A stretch of DNA of 64,000 nucleotides. Source: Hormiphora californensis (Eukaryota > Animalia > Ctenophora). The translations under genes were made by a program, and so were the position numbers. The stretch is from the NCBI GenBank assembly GCA_020137815.1, contig CM035361.1:3348001-3412000 (forward strand), written 5' to 3'. Of the stretch, positions 20,401 to 33,600 are shown piece after piece; the stretch's first letter is position 1, and each line of letters starts with the position of its first letter. Below the pieces are notes generated by a model. The model made no database searches and had not been told where the DNA came from. It worked only from the letters and a program-made list of their open reading frames with translations.

Positions 20401-23400
20401 TTAGCGCTATTTGCAAAATATTAATAGCGCTAATTAGCGCTTATTAGCGCTATTAATAAAATAGTTAAAGTATAAGTTGATAATAGCGCTAATTAGCGCT
20501 AATTAGCGCTATTATTAATATGGAAATAGCGCTATTTGCAGAATATTAATAGCGCTAATTAGCGCTTATTAGCGCTATTAATAAAATAGTTAAAGTATAA
20601 GTTGATAATAGCGCTAATTAGCGCTAATTAGCGCTATTATTAATATGGAAATAGCGCTAATTAGCGCTAATTAGCGCTAACTAGCGCTAATTAGCGCTAA
20701 CTAGCGCTATTTGCAGAATATTAATAGCGCTAATTAGCGCTTATTAGCACTATTAATAAAATAGTTAAAGTATAAGTTGATAATAGCGCTAATTAGCGCT
20801 AATTAGCGCTATTATTAATATGGAAATAGCGCTAATTAGCGCTTATTAGCGCTAATTAGCGCTAACTAGCGCTATTTGCAGAATATTAATAGCGCTAATT
20901 AGCGCTTATTAGCGCTATTAATAAAATAGTTAAAGTATAAGTTGATAATAGCGCTAATTAGCGCTAATTAGCGCTATTATTAATATGGAAATAGCGCTAA
21001 TTAGCGCTAATTAGCGCTAACTAGCGCTAACTAGCGCTATTTGCAGAATATTAATAGCGCTAATTAGCGCTTATTAGCGCTATTAATAAAATAGTTAAAG
21101 TATAAGTTGATAATAGCGCTAATTAGCGCTAATTAGCGCTATTATTAATATGGAAATAGCGCTAATTAGCGCTAACTAGCGCTATTTACAGAGAATTAAT
21201 TGCGCTAATTAGCGCTTATTAGCGCTAATAATAAAATAGTTAAAGTATAAGTTGATAATAGCGCTAATTAGCGCTAATTAGCGCTATTATTAATATGGAA
21301 ATAGCGCTAATTAGCGCTTATTAGCGCTAATTAGCGCTAACTAGCGCTATTTACATAATATTAATAGCGCTAATTAGCGCTTATTAGCGCTATTAATAAA
21401 ATAGTTAAAGTATAAGTTGATAATAGCGCTAATTAGCGCTAATTAGCGCTATTATTAATATGGAAATAGCGCTAATTATCGCTTATTAGCGCTAATTAGC
21501 GCTAACTAGCGCTATTTGCAGAATATTAATAGCGCTAATTAGCGCTTATTAGCGCTATTAATAAAATAGTTAAAGTATAAGTTGATAATAGCGCTAATTA
21601 GCGCTAATTAGCGCTATTATTAATATGGAAATAGCGCTAGTTAGCGCTAATAAGCGCTAATTAGCGCTAATTAGCGCTATTTTCACATTATTAATAGCGC
21701 TAATTAGCGCTAGTTAGCGCTATTATCAACTTATACTTTAACTATTTTATTAATACCGCTAATTAGCGCTAATTAGCGCTATTATTAATATGGAAATAGC
21801 GCTAATTAGCGCTTATTAGCGCTAATTAGCGCTAACTAGCGCTATTTGCAGAATATTAATAGCGCTAATTAGCGCTTATTAGCGCTATTAATGAAATAGT
21901 TTAAGTGTAAGTTGATAATATCGCTAATTAGCGCTAATTAGCGCTATTAATAATATGGAAATAGCGCTAATTAGCGCTTATTAGCGCTAATTAGCGCTAA
22001 CTAGCGATATTTGCAGAATATTAATAGCGCTAATTAGCGCTTTTTAGCGCTATTAATAAAATAGTTAACGTTTAAGTTGATAATAGCGCTAATTAGCGCT
22101 AATTAGCGCTATCAATAATATGGAAATAGCGCTTATTAGCGCTACTTTTAAATTGTCTATAGCGCTAATCAGCGCTATTAACAAAATATACATTCATTAT
22201 TTTGTGAAATGCGCTAAATAGCGCTAATTAGCGCTATTAATAATTTGCAAATAGCGCTAGTTAGCGCTTATTAGCGCTAATAGGCGCTAATTAGTGCTAA
22301 TTGCAAACTATTAATAGTGCTAATTAGCGCTTATTAGCGCTATTATCAACTTAAACGTTTACTATTATGTTAATAGCGCTTATAAGCGCTAATTAGCGCT
22401 ATTAATAATTTTCAAATAGCGCTAGTTAGCGCTTATTAGCACTTATAAGCGCTAATTAGCGCTATTTGCAAAATGTTAATAGCGCTAATTAGCACTAATT
22501 AGCGCTATTAACAAAGTAATATACATATATTGTATTAATAGCGCTAATTAGCGCTATTTACAAATTGTTGATAGCGCTAATTAGCGCTATTTAGCGCTAT
22601 TTAGCGCTTATTAGCGCTAGTTAGCGGTATATTCATATTGTTAATAGCGCTAATTAGCGCTAATTAGCGCTAATTTGTAAATAAAAATAGGTAATCTTTA
22701 AGAAATGGCGCTAATTAGCGGTTACAGATTTTGACCAATCATAAGGATTTATTTAATCACGTGATCAACGCCAACCAATCATGGCTTAGATACGTCAAAT
22801 AGCGATGTCTCTTAAATAGCGCTATTTCAAAATTTTTAGGACCGCTATTTGAATAGCGGTGTTATCAAATTTGAAATTAACACAAAATTTAGAACCGCTA
22901 TTTTTCTACTAAAATAGCGCTATTTTTAAGTGCAAAAAGCGCTAAAATAGCGCTACCGCTAATTACCGCTATTTGTGACCGCTAATTAGCGCTAATTAGC
23001 GGTCACAAATAGCGCTATTTTATAAAATAGCGCTATTTTTAGCGCTTCTAACACTTTTTATAAATATCGAAATCTTAAATAGCGCTAATTAGCGCTAATT
23101 AGCGCTAATTAGCGCCCCTAAAATCGCTAATTAGCGCTATTTCCTTCGAACACCAAGAATTGGTATATTACCGTAAATCGAAAACTTGCTAATGGAAGCT
23201 TGCTAATGCTTATACTGATTGGTAACAACAAGCGTCATGTGACCTCCATGCAAGCAACAAGAAACGTAACCAGGGTGTGACAAAATCTTGTTAGCAAGAT
23301 TGCAATAGGTCTAGAATTCCCTTTGTCGTACCCAGTATCACATATCCGGCGTAGAGTGCAAAGAGGTTCCTGGAAAACGAAAATACATGGAATAGAGAAC

Positions 23401-23585
23401 ACATGCATTGGCTTAAAAACATGAATTTAGGTCCATTAATGAATTTCTGCAGTTTTGGACCTGAAACTCTGTACACATATCTGGCATAAGCTCAACAACA
23501 TTGTGTCAAAATTTCAGAACCATTGGAATTAAGGTGCCGGAGAAATCTAAGATTTTAGACCCTCCCTTTTTATTGGCCCACGCGG
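17411..23585. mobile_element. Non-autonomous DNA transposon with ~165-bp TIRs and TA TSD (Tc1/mariner-like), interrupted by a nested element
   Basis: ta|ccgcgtgggccaataaaaagggagggtc ... gaccctccctttttattggcccacgcgg|ta. Confidence 0.88.
17974..23172. mobile_element. Merlin-like foldback element with 8-bp TSD, filled with AGCGCTAATT satellite
   Basis: TIR ggtaatataccaattcttggtgttcgaaggaaatagcgctaattagcg at both ends. TSD gtaaatcg at 17966-17973 and 23173-23180. GGTAA fits the Merlin GGNRM terminus. Confidence 0.85.
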
Positions 23586-24576
23586 TACTATACCTAGTAA
23601 TATATATTGTAACTGTTATTACAGTTCTTGTAACTCACTGCATCACAGACTTGAGAGGAGCTCATAGAGGACAATATGATATGTTACATATTCAAGTAAC
23701 AATTAACAAGAGATCCAAGAAGGCTTCAACATATTATTCAAGCTGCTGCTGCTGGAGGTTCAAACAATCCAAAATGAGATAAATAGTTTCAGTGGCAACG
23801 GAGATGGTTACCATGGCAACGAAGTTGCCAGTTGGTTACCATAGCAACCAAAAATAGTCAGATGAGAGATATTCAGACATGGATCAAGTGGAAGATGTAT
23901 TTAAAAAGATACAAAGAAAGATATCTAGATACACAGAACTGACACAGGTAGACATGATTATACACAAACGAGAAAAGAACAGACTGAGCTGCAATTGAAT
24001 CATTAAATCCTCAATTTATTAATTGCGGTTCATTAGCCTGCCGTTAATTTTCAGCGGTTCCATTTTATATACTACTTTTGACTACCCAAAATTTAAAATT
24101 TATAATTGTATGACTTTTCAAAAGTTTATCTACTTAAACACTTACCAACCCGGGGGGCTGTCTGGCGGCGCCAACCCGATCTGAGCAAAATACGAGGTCT
24201 AGCGCCGCCGACCCCATCTGAGGACTGAGCGCGAATCAAAACGAGGTCTAGCGCCAACATACAACAGCTGGGACAAGAAGAACTAGGTTTCGAAACTAAA
24301 ATTAAAAGTACCAAACTCACAAGCAATGCCAAGGGTCACACATGAACTAGGCTCAACAGACAACAAGGATCGCTCAACAACGAAAAAAGAAAAGGGGAAG
24401 AGATACGTGACGTGTGTTCGCGATTAAATTACACGCGCGCGGCGTGAACTGCACGTGCGGATTTTTTTCAACTTCAAGAGGCCAGGAGAAGTGCTGACAA
24501 GCGCGGAAGGATGGCACACCATGACACACACAATCGCGTCATCAATCAGACAGTACAGTATCAAATTAGTTAGTAC

Positions 24577-25009
24577 CTGTTTGAATGAGTAGAGTGGTGC
24601 TAGAGGAAAGAAGCTGGCCATTTTGGTCCTGGATCGATGGCAGATTGAGCTTCGATAGGTCTCTGAAGCTACCTGAAGTTAAACACGAATTTTAAACTCA
24701 TCTTATCAAATTCCAAGACACCGCACTGACAGTGTAGCGAAAGAAAAAGATAGAATTGGGTAGTGGGTACCTCCACGAGAGAGGGGGAAGGCATGGGCTG
24801 CACCATTTCCATTTGGTTTTAGTCTATCGGACAAAGATCTGGAGAGACTTCGACCCACTGCAAAAACAAAAAGATGAAACCACTATAAGGAGGACACTAC
24901 TTTAAGATGTTATTGTTAGTATCTGGGTATATAGACCTGGTAGTTGAAGTGTTGCGTCTGTGAGAGGCGGTGGGATTGGGGCCGTAACGGACGTCTTTCT
25001 ACGAGACAT
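24577..25009 (-). CDS. 5' exons (25009-24937, 24857-24771, 24672-24577) of an unknown gene, possibly the same gene as 3626-9356
   Basis: ATG at 25009. Three phase-consistent exons give MSRRKTSVTAPIPPPLTDATLQLPVGRSLSRSLSDRLKPNGNGAAHAFPLSRGGSFRDLSKLNLPSIQDQNGQLLSSSTTLLIQT. They end in phase 1, so an unseen exon is needed to join 9356 (phase 0). Confidence 0.6.
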
Positions 25010-25810
25010 AGTGCAGTTCTGAGAGGGATCAGAAAGTGTCAGAGAACAATCATGTGAGCACACACAGTAGTTGAGCAACACCCCTTACTGATTACTGATT
25101 ACTGAAGTTAAAGTAATAGCTCACAGCTCAAGAATGACTGAAAAATGCTTGAATTCACTGTACTAGGCAATCAGTGATTCAGTGCTTCCAATCAGTTCAC
25201 GGCCTGAAGCTGACATCCCCTCTCCCGATCTATCTATCGCAGTCTCTCTCACGCTGTATTTGTCTCTCACAGTCTTCCTCGCTCTCTCGATCACTCTCTC
25301 TCTCTCTCTCTCTCACTCTCTCCACATGTGTGACAGAAATGTGATCAATTTTCATTTGTAGAAGTTGATCGAGTTCAGATTTATTAATCACACGTGTGCC
25401 TCCAACTATAATAACACGTGGTCTCTCTAACCTGAACCATATATGCCAGCTGCTGTACCAGCTGATTTCCATGCATAATATGCGCCAATGGAGCCAAGAT
25501 TGACCCCATTAATTTCCATTTTCCTTGGGTTGCATGACACTGTGACAATTCAACATTTCTCCAATCGTTTTTGATTTAGATAGAGAAAGAAAGAACTTGA
25601 TTTTGAGAAGATCAACCTGCAATAAAAGGTCTACTGAACGTACTGAAGACCGGTCGACAAATATACCCCGAGTTCTTTCCTTCTTATTTACAATTAATTT
25701 AGTCAGTTGGTTTGTTGCTGAGAGGTCTCTCAAATAAAAAGGACAGAGGATAGAACACTTTTAAATTCATATATAACAACACGATCGCGTCGAAACACAT
25801 ATCACTCCAG

Positions 25811-26390
25811 GGTGGGCGGACTCTAGTGCTAACGGACTCTTTATCTAAATTCAAGGCAGACTCTATATCTAAAAGCGGACTCTTTATCTACAGTTAGACT
25901 TTGAAAAAAATTTAGATAAAGAGTCCGCCCAGTGTAGACTTTTTAGATATAGAGTCCGCACTGTGTAGACTTTTTAGACATAGAGTCCCCTGGTACATTT
26001 TGGCGCCAAATCCCCCAACCCGGACTGTATGTCTAAAATCCTAAACCAACCCAAAACCTAACCCTAACCATCACCCTAACCCTAACCTCGAACCCAAATA
26101 ATGGCCCTAACACTTCTCAATTAGTATAGAGGTACAGCAAACTCTCGTTTCCGGCCTGACGGCCGAAATCTCGAGTTCGCTGAGAATGGCGGACTCTATA
26201 TCTAATTTAGATTTATGTAGATATAGAGTCCGCTCTTTGTAGACTTTTTAGATAAAGAGTCCGCCCTGTTTAGACTTTTTAGAGATAGAGTCCTCCTAGA
26301 GTTTAGACTTATTTGGACTCTTTATCTAAATCTAAATTTAGATATAGAGTCCACTGTAGACTTAGAGTGTAGCACTAGAGTCCGCACACC
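25811..26390. mobile_element. MITE with 21-bp TIRs, internal ggactct(t/a)tatctaaa sub-repeats and a (CCTAAC)n patch
   Basis: ggtgggcggactctagtgcta ... tagcactagagtccgcacacc. cactccag occurs at 25803-25810 and 26398-26405 (offset TSD candidate). Confidence 0.75.
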
Positions 26391-26626
26391 ATCACCACAC
26401 TCCAGGTGCCGAATATATTTTGTATTTCACTTCTCCCCTAATTTTTACAATCGAGGCAGTAGACAATATAATTTTGCAAATAATTAACTCTATGCGTAGT
26501 ATATTAATTTCTCTCAAATATAAGTTTTGGAGTAAGATTATAATGTATGAATATAACAAAAGCTTCCTAAACACACATTTTTATTCTTCTCAACTTGACC
26601 AGCTTCACAGAGCTTTACATCAGTTC

Positions 26627-26735
26627 CAGGAACCGACCGAACCAAGTAAACAACCAATCAGAACTCGTGATTTAGGTCACGTGACTGATTATCAGCCAAT
26701 CAGGCACATGTATTTCCTGATTCGGTCGGTTCATG
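26627..26735. mobile_element. ~109-bp hAT-like MITE (caggaaccgaccgaa TIR family)
   Basis: caggaaccgaccga ... tcggtcggttcatg. Other copies at 35947, 38268, 38747, 40265, 51918, 53495. Confidence 0.85.
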
Positions 26736-26850
26736 GTTCATATATGGCACGTTTCACCCCCATACATGCAGCACACGAGCTTGTCTAGTTTGAACACGAC
26801 CCTCCAGCAATTCTAGGGAAATTAGCTGAAACCTCGCGCCCTAACATGGT

Positions 26851-26908
26851 ATTTGGTGACATAGACCGAGATTGAGCAGGGGTCGCGCCAGGTGTCTATG
26901 TCACCAAA
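26851..26908. mobile_element. Tiny palindromic MITE (catagac...gtctatg); similar copy at ~1472-1533
   Basis: tttggtgacatagac ... gtctatgtcaccaaa, with shared core gattgagcRggggtcgcgccaggtgtcta. Confidence 0.55.
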
Positions 26909-27351
26909 CATGGTATGTGGGAGGTGAAGGAGGTAGTACATTATACCGAGTCATCATAATCATATAGCAGATTTCAAGAGAGTTAACTTCACATGTTAAC
27001 TTCATGTTAACTTCACACGTTAACTTCACATAAGTGTTAACTTCACATTATAAGTTAACTTCACACAAACATTTTCTACGCTAGACCAGTCTTTAAAATC
27101 AGTCGCCCCTCACATCATAATATATTGTCTCTTTTGAAGTCCGAAGATCAGATATAATGCTGTATTTTCGATCACCAATTAGAACCTCAAGCAGTGGTTT
27201 CATTTCCGTCTTATTTTCTCCGCATAGGGCTGATGACATATCGGGTTGTTGATATATAGCGCGATATTATTTCATGTTTTGTTATCTCGTGTTGTGTTTG
27301 AGAGACCCGCAACTCTTCACTTGTTGCAGGAGTGGGTGGTGATGATGGTGC

Positions 27352-30300
27352 TCATTCACATCCGCAGCTCTCCACGACCATCTGGTGGTACACCTTCACC
27401 TGGCAGGAGAGTGGGTTTAGTAAAAGAAGAGGAGAGAGTGGTGTTGATAAAATAGGGGTAAGCTGGGGTGTGATAGGGTGTGATAGGGGGTGATAGGGTG
27501 TGATAGGGGGTGTGGTAGGGTGTGATAGGGGGTGTGATAGGGGATGTGATAAGGGGTGTGATAAGGGGTGTGATAGGGGATGTGATAGGGGGTGTGATAG
27601 GGTGTGTGATAGGGTGTGATAGGTTAATAGTTTATAGTTGAGCTGGAGTGGGGAGAAGTCTAAACAACAAAACTAAAAAAGCCTCAACACACCGTGACCG
27701 ACTCAAAAAAATCTTAGCATCTGGTGAAACACCTGCATTAGCTCAGCGAATCGCAGCTGGTGAAAGGAGGTTTCTCCGCGTGAATTTGTTATTGCACGAA
27801 CCTGGAAGTTGTTATTGGTATTCAGGATGATGGAGAGAGACTTCAGTTTAGTGGGGGAACAACAAGGTTTAGGAATACTCGGGTACATCGACTCCATCAC
27901 CGCCTGAAATGTTAGAAATTACAACTTCTATATTTTCTGTAGAAGACTGGGGATTGATATGTTTGTTCACCAAATAGCAAGAGAGGTGGAGGATCTAAAG
28001 AAGTTTTAGCTAGAAATTACAACTTCTATTTCTGTATCCGGTTTGATTGTACTGTTTCTCTAGCGGGGCGTAAAGTGGGGAGGGAGCCAAGGAGGGTAGT
28101 GGTCGGAGGGGGGGGGGGGGGGGGGGGGGGGTCGGAGGGGGAGTGGATGGGCCCCGGGGCACTTGCCAGTGCAGTGATGTACACCTTATTTTATTATTGA
28201 TGAGAATATTATATAATGATTTGATTTGATTAGCTTTGATTGATTGTTACTGAGAACAATTTAATTTTAAGATCTAGAAGTATGATTTCATATTCTTTCA
28301 CCGACGACAGACAGAAGACGATCTGGTGGTGATTCCGAAAGGATGATCCGGCACTATGCTGTCTCGCCTGTTCGGCGAGACTTGGCTGTGTGACTGTTTA
28401 CAGTCCCAGATGAGTGGTCCAAACCAAACCAAACCAAACTGTTCGCATAAATAAAAGAAAGAATGTCTGAACAAGGTGATGATATTGTGACCAGGTGCAG
28501 GCCCAGGAAAACCCATTTGTCAGAAGTATTTTACCTGAAGATATGCGTGGTTGGTAACTTTAGAGTTTTGTGACACTACATTCGTTATTCCGCATTCCCC
28601 TGAGCACATGAAGGCATCAAAACCACGGGGTGCTACTATCCACCTCCAGCCCAGTGACCTGCAGGGGGATAAAAATTGAAAAGGGGTGATGCAATAAAAC
28701 CTTGGTGAGAAAGGGCTCAACAAATGAAATCAGTCTCAAATCAATAGGAATAAGAGACCTGCGGAGGGTTAAAAAGGGGGACAGGGGGTGATGACTGATG
28801 AAACCAATCACAAATCAGTATGCCACGATAGACCATTCTACCAGTTACTCAATCTACTGCTAGGCACCTATCACCATTCACTACCGCAAAGAGCAGGAAA
28901 TGCAGAGCTATGAATCATAGTATGATCGGGGGCACCCACTATTCGATAAGCTGCTCCAACTTACGTGAAATCGATGTAGAGAGCCCGCTTCTGGCAGGCA
29001 GTGGATGACGTATCATAGGTGGTAGACTCATCAAACTGTCGGGAGTCTCTCGTGTCTCTCTCATCCTTTGGCGGACTGTAATCATCCATCACGTATGTTA
29101 TCAGGGATGGCTGGATGGAGGATTGGGGGGTTAGGGGAGGATTGGGGGGAGGATTGGGGGGTTAGGGGATGGGAGGATTGGGGGGTTAGGGGATGGGAGG
29201 ATTGGGGGGTTAGGGGATGGGTGAAGGGAGGATTGGGGGGTTAGGGGAGGATTGGGGGTGAGGATTGGGGGTTAGGGGATGGGTGAGAGGAGAATTGGGG
29301 GGGGGGGTTAGGGTATGGGTGAGGGGAGGAGGGGGGTTAGGGATGGGTGAGGGGAGGATGGGGGTTAGTGGATGGGTGAGGGAAGGATTGGGGGGTTAGG
29401 GTGATGGGTTGAGGGCGGATTGGGGGGTACGGTCTTGGGCGAGGGGAGGATTGGGGGTTAGGGGAGATGGCTGGAGGGAGGATTGGGGGGGTAGGGGACA
29501 GCTGGAGGGGAGGATTGGGGGGTAGGGGATGGGCGAGGGCCGGGGGGTAGGGGATGGCTGTGAGGTGAGATTGGGGGTTCGTGGATGGCTGGAGGTGGAG
29601 GATTTGGGTGGGTTAGGGGATGGGTGTGCCGGGGAGGCATTGAGGGTTTAGGGGATGGGGTGAGGGGAGGATTTGGGGGTTAGGGGATGGGTGAGGGGAG
29701 GATTTGGGGGGTTGGAGGATGGGTGAGGGAGGAGGGGGGGGGGTTAGTCGGAATGGGTGAGGGGAGGATTTGGGGGGTTAGGGTAGGTCTGGATGGGGGA
29801 CGGATTTGGGGGTTGGAGTGATTGGTGTGAGGGAGTAGGATGGGGGGTTAGGGGATGGCTGGAGGGAGGATTGGGGGTTAGGGGATGGGTTAGGGGAGGA
29901 TTGGGGGGTTAGGGGATGGGTGAGGGGAGGATTGGGGGGTTAGGGGATGGCTGGAGGGGAGGATTGGGGGGTTAGGGGTTGGCTGGAGGGGAGGATTGGG
30001 GGGTTAGGGGATGCGTGAGGGGAGGATTGGGGGGTTAGGGGAGGATTGGGGGGTTAGGGGATGGGTTTGGGGAGGATTGGGGGTTAGGGGATGGGTGAGG
30101 GGAGGATTGGGGGGTAAGGTATGGGTGTGGGCCAGGGGGGGTTAGGGTATCATGGGTGAGTAGGAGAGGCCAAGGGAAGGAAGAGGATTTGGGAGGGAAC
30201 GGGGTCGAGGGAAGAATGAAGTCAGTCCGGTCAGTCTTCCTTTTTGCTTCTAGATAACACAAATTACAAAACGAACTGTCTTCTTACCGGTCTGCCCCGG

Positions 30301-30643
30301 GATCGGGTGAATCGAATTCCTCTCGAGGAAGGAGACACCTCCACAGGGTTTATTGGGGTAAACGCCACCCGGTGAAGGTGTTTTTGTTGTTTTTTTTTTT
30401 TAGGAGGGTTTTTGTTGGTGGTCGTTGGGGTTTTTTTTTTTTTGTTTTGGTGTTGTTTGTTTGTTTTTTTGTTGGTTGATGTGGGGGTGGTGGTATGAGA
30501 CGCATTCTTGTACGAAGGTTTGAAAACGGTTGGGCGTGGAGATGACCAGTAGTTGTCACCCAGTTTCGAGAGGCTTATCTCCCAACCCTCCCGGGCAATC
30601 AAGTCTTCCCAAAACTTTACATGTGGCAATTTGCACAAGGACC
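27352..30643 (-). CDS. TGF-beta superfamily ligand (BMP-like); exons 30643-30288 (noisy), 29110-28965, 28658-28535, 27903-27802, 27399-27352; further prodomain exons likely upstream
   Basis: Spliced product ...PSLITYV...ERDTR (RxxR)...[34 protein letters not shown]...NHAYLQAVM...PKPCCSPTKLKSLSII...VKVYHQMVVESCGCE*. This has the seven-cysteine knot and all splice phases fit. Confidence 0.93.
27466..27622. repeat. ~11-bp G-rich tandem repeat (gggtgtgatag) just upstream of the last TGF-beta acceptor
   Basis: Direct reading. Confidence 0.8.
29104..30150 (-). repeat. ~34-bp G/C-skewed tandem array derived from the branch point/acceptor of the TGF-beta exon at 29110
   Basis: Minus units cctaacccccc aatcctccc(c)tccag|ccatcccc. 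The real junction is ctccatccag|ccatccctg. The middle is degenerate or noisy. Confidence 0.75.
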
Positions 30644-33600
30644 CTGCGTAAACGGGAGAAGAAGAAGAGGGAAGGAGCGAGGCGTAGAAAAGAGACGAGG
30701 ATGATGAGAGAGGAGAGAAGAGAGCGAGATGCCGCAGGAGACGGAGAGAGGAGTGTGTTGAGAGAAGAAATAGGAGGCTGGAGGAACTTCGAGTGGCACG
30801 GACAAGGAACCTTAAGTGAGGCCAAAAAAGTGATGGCGGTGAGAGAGAGGAGAGAGGAGGAGAGGAAGAGAGAGCGGAGAGCTGGAGAGAGATGAGAGAC
30901 CGAGATAGGAGAGAGAAATGATAATATAGGGATGGTCCCCTCCGATTCCCCGCCCTATTCTTGTTGAGGATTGTCTAGATCGAGAAGGGATGAGTAGCGA
31001 TAAATTCCAGAATTCAGGACACCCCAAGATAAGAGTAGGTGACCAATGACCAATAAAACATGGCTGTCAAACAATATATTCGGGGCAAAATATAACGTTC
31101 GCGAAACTTGAGATTATAGATGGCTCGAGATGCAGCAAACCAAATGAACTCGAAATGAAAAAGGGAGGGGGAAGATATTACACTTCAAGCTGAGCGAATA
31201 TAATTTCTGCTTGTGAATTGCTCTCACGAAAGATGTGCTGCAGACAGCGCCCAGCAGCGTCGATGCCTAAGAAACTTGTGGAGGAAGGTGAACACGGGGA
31301 GAGATGACGGAGAGAGAGAGGGCGGATAGAGGAGAGAGAGAGAGCGAGAGGAAGAGAGAGAGAGAGAGAGAGAGATAGAGAGAGGCAGGAGAGGAGATGA
31401 GAGAAGGGATGAGAAGAGAGGAGATGAGAGGAGAGAGAGAGAGAGAGAGAGAGACGGAGAGAGAGAGAGAGAGAGAGAGGAAGGTAGGGAGGAGAAGGTG
31501 AGAGAGAGAGAAGAGACTATGGGGCGAGGCAGAGCACAGAGAGATTGCGGGTGTGCTGCTGTTGCTCGGTGGCTGGGTGGTGTGCTTGATGCTGTTACTT
31601 GCTAAATGGATTCAAACCGTCTACTTCATTCAGGACAGATCAACGAGACAACACCCCCCCGTGTCGACATAACTAATAATGGTCCTCAAAAATATATTTC
31701 TACCGTTTCGCTCGGTAGACCCTATCCCCCCCCCCCCCCCCGAAGTGTAGTAGACGGTGCTACAGGCAGGTTTTATCATATATCGAAGAAATTCTGCAAC
31801 TGACAAACCGGGCCATTCTCTCATCTCACTATATCTCCACTATATCTCCACTATATCTCTTTGACAAAGAGTCTTTGTTATTGACGGTAAACTCCCCGGC
31901 CGAGATATCTATCCCCAACTATCACTACCTATCCCAGCCTGTCCATTCAATATATACTCCCTTCCAAACTATCACGCTCTATCAATATCAGGAACCCTGT
32001 CTGCTAGGTTGCCGTAAAAATAAGATGGCCAAACTAAACATAACTCTCCCATCTTGGGCGATGACTCAATCATGAAACCAAATATAATTCGCATAATAAT
32101 TATAAAGTTGCGCACCAGACAGTGTAAACCTTTTAGAGACATAGTAGACTGGCTATGGAGAAAACTGAAATATCTTGTTGGGATAGGGTTGGAAGATTTT
32201 ACCTAGCGGTAAGTGTCATCTTTAGTCCATACGGTTGTCGTAGACAGGAAGAAGGTCTTACAGGTGGTGAGAGCGATAGGGGAGAGGGACAAGAAAAAGG
32301 GTTCGTCGAGCAAGGCAATAGTTTAAGGATAAGTTGGAGGGGATCTGGCGAGCTTATATTAAAGGTAACGGTCGATAAAATCAGCGATGGCAAGAAGAGA
32401 GATTTGATCCCTACCAGTATTGTCTGTGTTTCAATAAACAAGGAACACGTTTTTAGGAACATTTTAAAATTTTAAAAAATTTTTACCCCTCCCTCCAGTA
32501 TCTCTCTGTCCCACCCCCCCCCTCCAGCTGCAGTATCGATACATTGCTGCAGGTGGAGGAGGGGAAGATAGGGGGATCTTCCTCTCCCACTTCCCTCCTT
32601 CCAGTGCAGTGTCGGAGAATGTAGCAAATTATATTGACACGCTTCCTGCATAGAAACTTCTGACGGGGTCAATGGGGTGAAAATACGAAGCACGTCAACT
32701 ATGGAGCATCATCACAGACAAAGTATCAAGTTAGATATTGTATCTGAGACTCATTGAGAGATATTATATCAGGAAACGTCTGAGACTCTATGTGAGAGAT
32801 AGATGGATCAAGAAACGTCTGAGACTCTATGTGAGAGATAGATGGATCAGGAAACGTCTGAGACTCTCTCTCTCTCTGAGAGATAGATATCAAGAGAGAC
32901 TATTATATCTAGTATAATAGAGGAGAGTCACGCGACATGACTGAAGTACGGGAGATATCTTAACGCAAAGATATTATTGGGGATATATAATCTAGGATCC
33001 GCGGATCATCGTTACCCCGTCTGGAAACTATAAAGAGACAAACAGAATGGGCCATTGTGTTACTGATCTTTCCACATGAACTTTCTACGCTTTGTCTATA
33101 TTATACCCGTCTTAAGAACCCCTCCCACACGCATGAGTAAACCCTCTCACGCTCCATGCACATGCCAGAGTGTTGACTGATCCCTCGCTAGAATCAAATG
33201 TGGAATACAGAGAATTACAAAATGGTAGAGTTAGGCAAAAGAAATGGTGCAAAATAAGACATGTTTTGAGCAAAACTGTTTAAAAATCTGTTTCGATGTT
33301 TCATACCCAAAGTCTTTGGGTCGGTAAAAAGAAATGAATCACTTTGTTGGTAAACGCAAAGATTAAATGCCTGTCGAGGCAAGCTGCAAGAGCTCTCAAA
33401 TGATTTTAGACAGAGAGGGAGAGACATGACAGAAAGGGACTGAGAGAGCCTGAGAAGGGATGAGTAACATGATCAAGGGTAAATGAGAGAGTGAAAACTG
33501 AAAATATATCATATAGTACTTGAGACAGTGAACGATATCATCTAGTACTTGATAGAGCACGCGATTTAAATGCGGTAGAAGATAAATGAAGAGAGATCAG

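Noticed and set aside
26040-26110. Interstitial telomere (CCCTAA)n
   Set aside because: Only a few imperfect units, and they are internal to a MITE.
27703-27801. Intronic 'MQVFHQML' resembling the last TGF-beta exon (VKVYHQMV), as a duplicated exon
   Set aside because: The match is about 15 nt and no CxC follows in frame; it could be chance.
30380-33600. Odd low-complexity and poly-T/G segments as biological features
   Set aside because: The pattern of degenerate microsatellites and homopolymers suggests low-accuracy consensus, so it was not interpreted at base level.
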